NCBI GenBank assembly: GCA_013239625.1
Contig: MU054323.1
Location: 3,460,161 to 3,524,160 of the forward strand
From: Lama guanicoe
Lineage: Eukaryota
Reading direction: 5' to 3'
Length of the DNA: 64,000 nt
The notes under the pieces are model-generated. The model worked only from the letters and a program-made list of their open reading frames with translations, searched no databases and was not told the DNA's origin. Of the stretch, positions 12,613 through 25,145 are shown one piece after another. Position 1 is the first letter of the stretch. Each line of letters starts with the position of its first letter. A program made the translations under genes and the position numbers.

Positions 12613-15600
12613 CTATTTGGAAAAAAGAACACAATTACAAATTTGTACTTTTAAGCTAACCAAAATGTATTTACAGATTAATACATCAAAGTAAAAAAAC
12701 AAACAGTGTATTGTTTTATTTTGCAAATTATTGTAATCTTTGTAAAAAGATCTCCATTCTATTGAGACTCACTGGCCTAGGCACATTTCTTGAAAATACA
12801 GATAAAAAACGTATCTGGTAAAAAAGCAGGTAAAAACCTATGTGAACAACAGTCAAATCCAAGAGGTCAATGGAGATAGACGTAAGTCTCCATTGCCTAT
12901 AAACAACTTATTAAAAAGTTCTACAGGCAATTCAAAACAACTCGAAGCAAAAAACTTTCGGGATAAAACCTGGAATAAAAATAACTCCTCCTAAATTGGC
13001 AGAGGCACTTCTCAAGCTCATAGTTATGTACTGAACAGATTCAAAACACACTGCTGTACTGCTATAAACACAAACAAATATGTTTGGAAAAAATCAGTAA
13101 TACCACATAATTTTTATTCTTGGTGTAAAAAACTAAGTATCACTAAATGATTATTTTAAAAAAATCCCTTCTAGTCTAAAAGTTTTCCATCTATTTTTTT
13201 GTTTAAAAACAGACAAACAAAATCACTCATCTGGTACGAATACATTTTCTACATATTTCTGTGACAAAAAGAAAAAGCAGTATTTAAAATCTGAGCGCAA
13301 ACAAAACAGAAACATAATAAAACATTTGAGACAACACACACAGATTTGCAGGAAAAATTTTAAAAGTGAACCATTAAGCTCCTAGCTACTACTGGCTCAT
13401 TTGTGAACACGTATAAAACTCAATATCAGGCACTGTTCTTAAAGGGTTGAACTATCATAGAGGTACTCAGTCATCATTTCATTAACTGCAGTAATTTTTA
13501 AATGACTGCTACTTTTGCCAAATCATATTAAAACATTTCCATGTCAGTACTTTTATCTGTAAGAGATCAGTCATTTATTTCTTTCGTTCATTTACCCATT
13601 CATTCACAGTTCAAATGCTGATTTACTGTCTCTTATATGCTATGCAATGTGCTACGTACCCAAGAATAAACACGACAGTCCCTGACCTCCAAGAGATTAC
13701 AGGTTTAACGGGAGGCAATCATAACAGTAAAAGTGCTTCAATAAAAATAACCCAGGATACTATGGGGGAACAGAAAGAAAGGGCACCACTTCTTCCCAGT
13801 CTTAAAGTGAATCTCAAAGGAAATGATATGAAGGGTAAAGAGCAAAAAACAGGTGAAAGAGGGAGTGGAAAGAGCATTTCCATTAGAGAAACCAGCATAT
13901 TCAAAGGTCTAAAGTGTCAGGAGAACCCAATGAAATTAATAATCACAAGTAATTCAGTTCAGCTGAGAAGGAAATATGTCTATGGATAAAATCTCCTGCA
14001 ATCATGGAAAGAACTTTAGAATGAAAATTCCTTTAGGACAAGGAATGTGTTATTCAAATTTGTACATGCTTGCCATTCAATGTTTGTTCAGTAAACAAAA
14101 TAATCCATTCATTTCTAATTTTCTCATTTCTCCTGGTAAAGACTAGTATTCATCTTCAAAGTTTTATCCATACAACTAAAAAAGTTAAGTTGGGAAACGG
14201 AGGGATACAAGGAATTAACTAAAATTATAAACTTGACACTAAAAAGACATTATCAGGAATATATAAACAGGTTGCTTAAATGTTTTATTGCTGGTAGTAG
14301 TTGTCCTCCAAATATAACATACAAAAAGAAATTTCTCTACTGCCCATACTGAAAGTATCTCTCATTACCATGTTGTGCTCAAGATGCTGTGCTTTGGACT
14401 GCTTTAAAAAATATCTGGTTCTGGTAAATAAAGAAATTAACCACTTAACCTTCAAAACAGAAATCAAAACACGTGTATCAACTACGTTTTCAAGCACATG
14501 TTATTTTGGCAAAGAAAGTGTTGTGGGAAAAATGGAACCTACTCCAAATAACTGAATAATTTAAATTATAAGTCCACTCTAATATAGGTTACATCTAATC
14601 GAGAAAAAAAATTGAGTGTAAGGATATCTCATTTATTTTGGTATTCTCCAAACCTGGAATATTATATTACATATGGTTGAACTCAAAGAAAATTGCCACT
14701 ATTTTAGTCTAACTTAGTAGTTAGCAAAGTTTTCATTCTTTTTCAATTTTGACTCCAAAAGATTATTCATCACTAAAATTTTCTAGCATTTCCTAACTTT
14801 TAAACAATTATTTTATCTTTATGAACAAAAGTTTAAAACTACAGAAGACTTAGAAACTTTTTAACATATTTTAATAATTTGGAGAATTAAAAAGTATTCG
14901 GTAATTTACACACAAAATATAAGGTTAATTTCATAATTATCATCCAGAAATTTGTTTTTACGTTACTTTGATCATTTTGTAGCTTTAGTAAGCTGTACTA
15001 AATTAGTTATAAAAAGAGAAAACTTATTTGCAAAATACATAATGAAAAGTTCCATGTGTACATCTCTCAAATTTTACATCTTTAAATTTTATATTTAACA
15101 ATATAATCAAGTACTATTTTTTAAGAATATAATTATGCTCTGTAATTTACCAATAAATACGGTCACCTCTGTGAGTTATACTCTTTACGTACCGGTTCCT
15201 TTTCCCTTAACAGTTTCTTGAACTTAAGTTTCTCTTCACCACTTATGGATAGCAAAAACATTCAAAACCTGCTTCCTTTCTGGTAATTCTACCTTACTAA
15301 AGGGTTTACTTCCTTTGTGGGCGTGGCTAATATCTAACAGAACTTGATGGAGCTGCAATTAGATAAATCACCCACTGTCAATTAATACATTTTAAGCTTG
15401 AAAATTCCCATGGTTAAATTAATGTCCTCTATTTTAATGAAAATTCAAATAAAACTTCTCAGTAAAATCTTACTGTGACAAACATTTCCATCAGTAAGTG
15501 GACCATTAGATAATGGGTTAATTTTATATATGAAAATGTGTGTTACAATGATTTATGAAATCCTTAACAAAGATACACAAGTTTCTCCAAATATTCTCTG

Positions 15601-15668
15601 GGGGCAGTAGGGTAAAAAAAAAAAAATCGAGTAAATTCGTAACTCTCACACATACACCAATAACTTAC

Positions 15669-15777
15669 GAGAAGTTCCCCATGCAGTCTCTCTCCATTCA
15701 TCATCCCCAAGAAATATGCCTTTTTGTCCATCTTTTGTTGAATCATCAGGTTCCCAAAATTTTTTGGTAGGCAAAAG
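15669..15777 (-). CDS. PUM2: PUM2 coding exon 2 (109 nt)
   Basis: [36 protein letters not shown] plus 1 nt; TAG acceptor, C|GTAAGT donor. Confidence 0.97.
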
Positions 15778-18700
15778 CTATTTGGAAAGGAAAAAACATT
15801 ATATTTAAATTTTATTATAATTACAAAGAGCTAAAACATAGGGGAAAGTAAACTTACCACTGATATGTACAAGTTAGTTTTCAATGCTAGTGAAAATTCA
15901 GAGTGACCTATTTACTAATTTGTCAAGTTAATAAAACCACTTATGTTTGAGTAGTGGCTCTAATGATTCTAGACCTGAAAAGTCTACTTCAGACTTTTCT
16001 ATATTTTTCCTTGTTTTTTTTTTAACATTTTTTATTGAGTTATAGTCTACATTTTTCAAATAATTTTATTCTCGTGATCTTCTTTACAAATTTTTTAAAA
16101 AGACTTACGAAATTTCGTACTCAACAGATAATACAATAAAAGTATCTACATCAATGATAAAAATTTTTTCCTCTACTTCCAAGCTTGGATCACCTCCTAA
16201 CCTGTAGCTTCAATGACAGAAAATTTTCATTCTTACTTCACATATTCAATGGAAGTGAACTTCACAATTCTCCCTAGGTCCTCAATACTAGCAATCTATC
16301 GATTCCAAATCAGGAAGCTATGGACGTTGGAAGAGACACATAGGAAAGACTCCTAAATACTTTTTGAGATAATAATCTCAAAGCCCTGTGCTCTATCCTA
16401 TTCTGGGACATAAGCAAGTATATAAAAACTGTTAATACAACCATTCGATTATTCAGAATGTACCTTTGGCCAATTCCTAATAAGATTTTAATATTCATCT
16501 AGGTCTCTCCTCTCCTCCCTGACACTCAGAGGAGTTGGAGTAAGGATATGTTTGTGGGGAAAAAAAAAAAAGACTGGTTTTCTAAAATATGCATTTGGCA
16601 TTTTAAATAAGCATTTGTAAGAGACTCATCTCTCTCAGGCCATAATTAGGTGCTCATTATTAAACCAATATAGATTTCTATTACTACATTTATCAAACTA
16701 AATTACCTGTGTTTGCCTCCTTACAGGTATGGTGACCTTATCTTCAGAAAGCTCACAACTATAAACGAACTATAATAAAATGAACTTACTGAAACTTGAA
16801 TTGAGTTTGAGAGATAAGACTGTGTGTGTGTATTGGGGGTTTAAAGTATCAATGGAAATGGGGAGGACACAAGAAATCACAAACAAAGGCACAACTTGAG
16901 AAAATGCAGTTTGTAGAATAGGATGTGAAATGGAGAAACACAGGTGGGAAGGTCAAAACTGATGTTGTTAAAGCTATCTAGGCAGATTCTGAGGAATCTT
17001 AAAGACATGCGAAAGAAACAGTATATTACATCGAAGCAAAAGGGAATCAAAAGGGAATGGCAAGAGTGATACCACATTTTAGAAAATAATTCATGTTGTA
17101 AACTTAAGAATAATGGCTATTCTTGACTAGAGGCATGGGGATCATTAAAGAGAATGACAGCAACAGGGCCAAGATGACAAGAATTGAAACAGGGTACTGG
17201 TAAAAAGAACTGAGAAAATAAAATGGATTTGACAGACATTTAGGACAGTCAATAGAATATGAATAAAAATAAGGGGGAGGTTAATAAAAAAGGATAAAAA
17301 TTTAAAATTTGGGTAACAAGGTAAATGACAGTACTACTGATCAAAACAGGAAAAAAAAAGGAGAAATGGCTTTGAAGGGAGTGGGAAAATTCATTTTGAG
17401 CATATCCCTGATCCATGGATCTTTTGCTACATTAAATACTGTTAATTTTAAAGGAAACTTAATTGTAAAGGAAACTAACTTCTTCTTCTTTGCTATTTTA
17501 AAAAAGAAGTTTTTGCATGTTAGGATCTTCCTGGGATGCAAAAGATTTGTATTTAAAATGTAGACATGTTAAACAATAATCTGCTCTAACAAAGATCCCA
17601 GTACAATACAACCTCTGTTGCTCTGATTTTTAAAAATCCCACTATAAAAGTTTCATGTAAATATTTAAACAAAATGTAATGCTGATAATATTAAACCAGT
17701 GCACTTGATATATTTAAATAACTAAGCATTTATTCATAGTAAAACCCAAGTTAATCCCTTTAAAATACTGAATAAATAAGCCATTTCAGGAAGAAGAAAA
17801 TGGTCCCTGAGAAAATGCTTTTATCCCATACTTTATAAATTTTAGAATCAAAATAAGAGCACTAAATAAAGAATCAAACATAAAGTTATAACAACTTAAT
17901 AGAAGCATTTGTTATAGACACAGAAGTGGCTGAAACAAACTGATCTTCTGAGACAGCAGAAATAACTGAATCTTTTTGAGATATTTCAGTCCTTTGGAAT
18001 AAGATTCCATGTAGTGCTGTGGCAGTAGTTCATGTATCACTGCTTTGAAATGCAAACTGCATAATTATGGAGGGAAAAGCCTTTGTCAAGCACTTATCCA
18101 GTGTGCCTACTTTTCTGCCAAAAGCTGTGCTATGAATCTCTCTTCATTCTGCAGACATTTATAAGTTATGATGGATAAGCAAACAATTTAGTAGTTAATT
18201 AAAATTAAGACTTTTCCTAACAAAAGCCTTTATCACCATTCTAGAAACAACTGTGACAATTTAGACACCAATTTCAAATACTTTTAGGAAAACTACTAGC
18301 TTATGATCAAGAATTAGTTACAATGGACTAAATATAAGGGAAGGCAACAATTTAGGATAGAACAGTTTGGAAAAAAAAAAAAGGTTAAGTGGTACACTAG
18401 TTGTAACTGCAATTAAAAATACAGATTTGCCCCTGGAGACTCTTTTACTGTAGTAGAAACGGGGAAGCGCATTACAGAAGACAAGGGCTGAGATCTTGAA
18501 GATCTGTAAAATATATTATCCAATACTGCTTCATATTAGTTCCCTAATTCACAAAAGCTCTAGACCAAAGTCAAGTAAACCAGTATTTGTCAACCTACTC
18601 CTCTGTCCTTCCAACTCAGAAACGACTGAGCATACAAATTCATCCCCCTACTATCCACCATTTTATTAGTTCTTCCTTCAAGAAGTATTTATGGCTTGCA

Positions 18701-21700
18701 CTCTCCACTGTCAAAGAAATTAGTCAACACTCTAGCATACTGCCTCAAAATAAGCCACAAGGTAATTCCCTAGAACCTCAGAATGGTACTTTTCCAGACT
18801 TTAATCTTTTCTGTTAATAAAGGATATTAATACTTCTTAATTTTTTCAAACCATACTACTTCCCCAAATCTTCTCCATTCCCAATATTCCTTAATATCAC
18901 GAGCAAACATTATTAGATGTCATCCCTTCCACTGGGAAGCAGTACTGTAAACAGTCAAGGCACTCATGAGTTCAAACTGCTGTTCAAGCACTGTTACACG
19001 GTATTGGGCCATTTAATTAACTGTTCTGAGCCTTAGTTTCTTCACTTGTAAAGTAAAGATAATAATAAAGCCACTGTTATACAGAGTTTCTCTGAGCCTA
19101 GAGTGAAATAACGTTAAGTAAACTGCTTCAAATAGCGTCTAGCACATAAGAGACATAAATATTAGGTGTCTTCACTACCGAAAAGTATGAATCCTTTAGT
19201 ATTATAAAACATGAGTAACATGCTGGCCAGCAACATCTAATTATGTTAAAGGATTATGATATTCATTATAAGAATTTCATCTGTAGCTGTTTGCTTTCTT
19301 TTTAAGTTTGATGGCCTAGGAGGACCATGAAACTGCATTATTTACTTATAAAGAACAGTTGCCTAACATAGTCACATTTTGCATAAGAAAACCATCAGAG
19401 GTTAAATAAATTGTCCAAGATTACAAATAAGTTTACATATACGGCCAGTAAATATGGCAGCATTTCGAGTTGAACTCTAATTCTAAGGACCACTGTCTTT
19501 ACACTTAGCTGCCATAGAAGATGGTTCTTTTCATAGTCTCATTCATCAATATTTCTAAAAATATCCACTAGGCAACCAACAGCTATAATGAAAAAAGAAA
19601 ACAGGTTAAGATATTATCATGATATTTAGACCATATAATGTAGCTATTCATATAATGCAGCTATTCATTATAGTGAATAAAGTTTAAGATATAATTGTTA
19701 AGATAGGGATTTATAGACAAAACTATAATCAGCTATTTCCAGTTAGCCTTAACAGCTCAGATCAGAGCTAGAGCACTTGAGAGATGTGATTCACACAAAA
19801 GGCTGTTCTTATTACTGTCTTCAAAGAAGTGAGTCTTTCTCAAGGTCACAGTTCTAGTGACAGATCCGAGAAAACAGAAGTCTCCTTACGCCCCATCCAG
19901 AATGTTTTCCATTTCGCCATACTATCTGAGAATTTAGTAAATAAATTTTCTTCAATGTTTTCTTCAACTATTGCTATGTTAGAAAACAAAGGAGGGAGCT
20001 TTATCGTACTACATTATGAAAATACTCCCCCTAAACACATTAACTCAGTGATTTAAAGTTAAATTCTGAGTTCCCTAAAGAATTTCAGGCAGGAATCTCT
20101 TTCTATTTACTTAATAGTCTGTATGTGTGTATGTATATAATGCAGTGCTTTGTATGCCAACAGATTTACAACAACTTAAGACATAATAAGCAAAGCTTTA
20201 TTTTTAAAGAAAAAGACAGGGCAGTATATTAGAAAAGGATGTTACATTAAAAAAAAAAAGCAATTTTAGAAAACTCAAGAGCCAGAAACTCAAGGCTGCT
20301 TTTAATTCATTAAAATGAACGAATTCTGGGATAAAACAAAAATCCTCACCTGTCAGGAAAGGAGGAGAAGACTGGTGAAAGAGAGACAGGCAAAGAAGGA
20401 AATCCCAGAAGGTTCCCTGCTGCCTATGAGATGAGGAAAGATAGAAAGGCTTGTGGGAGAGAGAACCCAGAGACAGAAATCTGAGTAGGTTTGAGCTATC
20501 TCTTAGAGGTAACAGAATTTAGTTGGTAAACTGTTAAGAAAAAAACTTAATTAGTGAATAACAGCTTATTTGAAAATTTATTTTTCCTAGATGAAGGTCA
20601 CAGAAACACTGACCTGCTGTTATCTGCCAAAAAAGCAGGCAGTGTAAACCCTAGCCACTTTTACTCTGCATAGCTGATATTTGTTAAGAAAAGCCTAGAT
20701 TTAAGCTTAGATCATTTAACACAGTATTCAACCCAGTCCCTCTTTTCCAAAAACCTCAAATACCCCTCCCCCCACCCTCAACTAATTAAACTCTCTCAAC
20801 TAATACTTCTGATCATGACATTTTCTTTAAACTGCAAAGATGTCTTTGAATCTACCAAATACTATTTAGAAAGGGAGGGGAAAAAAAGAGTCAACTTGTA
20901 AATATATACACAATGCAGATGTGGGAAGTAAAGTATTGGGGGCTCTAACAGAATTAAGGTAAAAGTATGAGTTTACTTGGTCCTAAAAAAAAAAACCCAT
21001 CAAGCTTGTCACAGAGTAGGCTGAAAACACTGTTCAAACCTGCTTTCAAGATGTTATTTTGCTTTCTAAAGACCAAAGAAAACAAGTAAGAGGAAAAAAC
21101 AAAAGCCCTTTTCAACTGCTTTTTTAAATTCACCCATAGTGTAAACAATGCCTAAGCAGCCACTGTACTGTAGTAAAGATGCAGTTTTGTTTTTTTTAAA
21201 TTTAACTAAAAAATTATTCCCTTTCTCAAATTTTCTTAGGGCCCAGAGTTTTACCATTAGCACTGACTGGACTAACAAGTTTACTTTGGCAATACTTATG
21301 CTTAAGCACCTTAACTCACCCTTAAATCAGTCCTCTGAAAATGACAAACTCTTTGGAAAACGCTGTTCTGAAGAAGGGGAGGGTTAGCTAGCTGCAGGGT
21401 GCCCTCTTGTGGCCCAGAGAGGAGTGACTGGACTCTTTTTCTGCATCTGAAGAGCACAGCATTGGATGGAGTGAGTCTCATGAAGGTCTACCAAAGTAAA
21501 ATAATCTCCAGGAGCAAGCAGTTAATTATACATCTTAGGTCTGTTCATGATTATTTTTTATTATCAAAGCCCATACTATGTTAGTACTACAGAACATGAC
21601 AAAAATGTGACAATAAGGGTTTTCATAATCAATAAAATTTTCTAAATACTTATTAGGTATATGGAAAAGTAAGTATTTTTGATGCCTTAAATTATGTAGT

Positions 21701-22358
21701 GGCGAGGTTAAATAGGGTGCCCCAATGAAAATCACAGATTAACTAAGGATTGATACAACCCATTCAAAAATTCTGAATGTCCACTATGTGCTAGTCATCC
21801 AAAGCTAATAATCTACAGAGGAGACTAATATAAAACAAACTGTAACCAGTAATATAATAAAAATATGTATAAAGACTCATGAGATGAGGAAGTAATTAAT
21901 TCTACTGCAGACAGCAATAGGACAATAGACAGTCTTTTTCAGTAGAGTCCTGCAGAGGATTACAATTTTATTAAGCAAACAATGAACAAGGAGAGATTTT
22001 TGGAAGAGAGAATAGTGAACAATTAAGTGTGGCTAAAGCAAATATAGCATACATATATAAAACAGCAAGACAAAGATCAAGGAAGGCTCTTTTCCGATCA
22101 AAGTGATTATGGCTCATTACCGAAATATAAGACATTATCTAACCAAGTCAATCAAATCAACTAGACACAAATAACATCACTAAAAATTACTGCTAAAGGT
22201 TAAAAAAAAAATCTGAAAATCCCACAACTACAGATTTTAAAAGCCCACATCACTTGGAAGACATAACTGCTATTTTTAAGGTATGCGATTAAAAAAACAA
22301 GTCTCAACGGCTCATCACCAAAGTAAGGTATACAATCTAAGTATTCATAAATATTTAC

Positions 22359-22409
22359 CTCTCCCATTCCCCGAGATTCTAATGCAAGAGCTTGAAAATC
22401 ATGATTCAT
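22359..22409 (-). CDS. PUM2: PUM2 first coding exon (coding part; full exon 22359-22427)
   Basis: Translates MNHDFQALALESRGMGE, the PUM2 N-terminus. Acceptor CAG at 22430-22428 with a perfect TACTAAC branch point (22456-22450). Donor GAG|GTAAAT, phase 0. Confidence 0.97.
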
Positions 22410-22529
22410 TTCATCCACAGATCAAACCTGTTGAATAACAAAAACAAAAGTTAGTAGAAAAATTTAAACACAGATAGCATCAACTATTTTTATATTATAT
22501 TGCTGCTACTACTGACATAACATGAACTG

Positions 22530-23555
22530 AAAAAACCAACAAATCAAAAAGACAACCTACAGAATGGGAGAAAATATTTGCAAGTGAAATGACTGACAAG
22601 GGGTTTATATTCAAAATACAAAAACAGCTCATACAATTCAATATAACCCCCCAAAACAAACCCAATCAAAAAGTGGACTATCAAGAAGGCCTTAAAAGAC
22701 ATTTTCCCATAGAAGACATACAGATAGCTAACAAGCACATGAAAAGATGCTTATTACTAATTATTAGAAAATGCAAATCAAAACAACAATGAGCTATCAC
22801 CTCACATCTATCAGAATGGCTATCATCCAAAAGTCTACAAATAAATGCTGGAGAGGATGTGGAGAAAAGGGAACCCCTGCATAATGCTGTTGGGAATGTA
22901 ATTGGTATAGCCACCAGAAAACAGTATGGAGGTTCCTCAAAAAATGAAAAACAGAACTACCAGATCTAGCAATTCCACTCCTGGGTATCTTATGTGGAAA
23001 AACAAAAACATTAACTTTAAGAGATACATGCACCCCAATGTTCAAAGAAGCACCATTTACAATAGCCAAGATACAGAAGCAATTCAAATGCCCAACAACA
23101 GACAAACAGATAATGAAAATGTGGTGTATATATACAATGGAATATTACTCAGCCATAAAAAAGAATGAAATTTTGCCATCTACAGCAATGTGGATGGACC
23201 TAGAGAATATTATGCTTAGTAAAATAAGTCAAAGACAAATACTATATTGTATCACTTATATGTGGAATCTAAAAAATTATACAAATGAGTGTATATGCAA
23301 AAGAAACAACAGATGCAGAAAACAAACTAGTGGTTACTTAATTTGAGGGGGGCAAATTAGGGCTACAAAATTAAGAAATACAAATTACTATGTATAAAAT
23401 GAAAAGCAACAAGGATATACTGTATAGCACAGGGAATTATAGTCATTATCTTGTAATAACTTTTAATGGAGTATACTTCATAAAATTACTGAATCACTAT
23501 GCTGTACACATGAAACTAATATAATACTGTAAATCAACTATACTTCAATAAACAT
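22530..23555 (+). mobile_element. 5'-truncated LINE-1 (ORF2 C-terminus + 3' UTR), antisense to PUM2
   Basis: Decayed ORF2 C-terminal peptides ([31 protein letters not shown]) and the L1 3' end AATCAACTATACTTCAATAAA. Confidence 0.93.
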
Positions 23556-24664
23556 AAAGAGTAATTCCTTTCCCTTCCCCTCAAACTAAAACTAAAACGT
23601 ATTTTTCTACCTCTCCATTTCTAACAGTTTAAACTGCTTTTTACATTTCATGTGACAATGTGTTCTTGAGTCAGAGGCTCTTTGCCTCCTATTGTTAAGT
23701 ACTGCTGGAGAAAAGCATTCAAAACTGAGGCCACTACAAATTCACAGCTTTCAAACTTCTGGACCTTATAATATAATCCCATTTATCATTTTCCCTAGTC
23801 AGTTCTTCCTCTCAACAATTCCATAGTATTTGATATTACAAAGCACTCCTTTCCTGTAATACTGTTCTCTGTTGCTATGCTGTTACAGTTCTTTTTACTT
23901 TCCTATGTGTCTAGTTGCTTCTTCTCAGGCTTCTCCACAGACTGCTATTTGTCTACTCAACTCTTAAATGTTAGTGTTCCTTAACATTCGATCCTTTATC
24001 CTGAGCAATCTCATCTATTCTCAGTGCTTTGAGGTCTATATAGTATACGCTTATGATCTCACTCCCACATTTGTATAGACCAAATTCTCTCCTCTCCAAA
24101 ATTTCCAATTATCTCCTTCTTCCCTTTCCCTGGAGGTACAAGAAATTCCAACCTTACCCTTCTTTATTCTCCACTTGTAACTTAATTCTTTCCTTTCTTA
24201 CACGAATGTCCAATCACTAAAGCCAAACTTCTACCTCTCTTAAATCTATTTTCCAGTTGTCTAGTTGGTCAATCATCTCTTACCTAAAGTGCTGCAATCC
24301 TCTTACCTAAAATAATGCAATTCTCTACCTTCGCATCCTACTATTTAACCTCCAAAAAGTAATAAGCCATTTTTCTGAGTTGTACTCTAATCATATGACT
24401 CCCATATTTTAATCCTTGACTTAAAGTGCAAACTCAATGTGGCTTACAGAGGGACAGAACTGGATTCAAATTATGGTTGTGGCAACTAAGTAGTTCTATA
24501 ACTCTGGACAACTAACCTAATTTTTTTTTAAAATCAATTTCCTCATGGGAAGCAGCAGCAGCAACCACATGGCTTGCTATGAAATCCAAATTAGACAGCA
24601 TAAAATACTTAAAAACAGTGCTGGCCATGTAAGAATTCAAAGGTTGGTTAATAGAAAAAGCTCT

Positions 24665-25145
24665 TCAATCTTTTCATCAAATGGTACTTGAATACTTGGA
24701 TGTCCACATGCAAAGAAATGAACTTCATCATACACCTTGATGTAAAAATTAACTCAAAATGGATTATACACCTAAATGTAACACCTAACATTATAAAACT
24801 TCTAGAAAAGCAAAAAAGCCGTGTGACTTTGTGTCTGGTAATGAGTTTTTAGATCAACGTCAAAAGCAGAGTCCACACACACACACAAAACCTGATCTCT
24901 AAAAATTGGACTTCAGCAATAAAAACATGCTCTACAAAAGATACTGATAAGAGAAAAAAAAAGACAAACCACAGACAGGATAAAAATATTTGCAAATCAC
25001 ATCAGATACAGGATTTGTATCCAGAATATATTCAAAAATCTTAACAACAACAACAAAAAGAACACCACAATTTAAAAATGGGCAAAAGATCTACACAGAT
25101 ACTACATCAAAGAAGATATACGGAAGATACATGGATAGCAAATAA
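24665..25145 (+). mobile_element. Older LINE-1 ORF2 fragment
   Basis: Typical L1 ORF2 DNA (AAAATTAACTCAAAATGGAT, AAAATATTTGCAAATCACAT, AAAATGGGCAAAAGAT). Confidence 0.8.

Noticed and set aside
15564..15746. Alternative-frame ORF overlapping coding exon 2 (MIQQKMDKK...)
   Set aside because: Short (about 49 aa if spliced) shifted frame with no independent evidence of coding.
22200..22320. Minus-strand GTGATGA (C-box-like) suggesting an intronic C/D snoRNA
   Set aside because: No CTGA D box at a suitable distance and no terminal stem.
22544..23346. Cluster of 64-102 aa ORFs (also 46808-47253)
   Set aside because: Fragments of decayed L1 ORF2 and their antisense frames.
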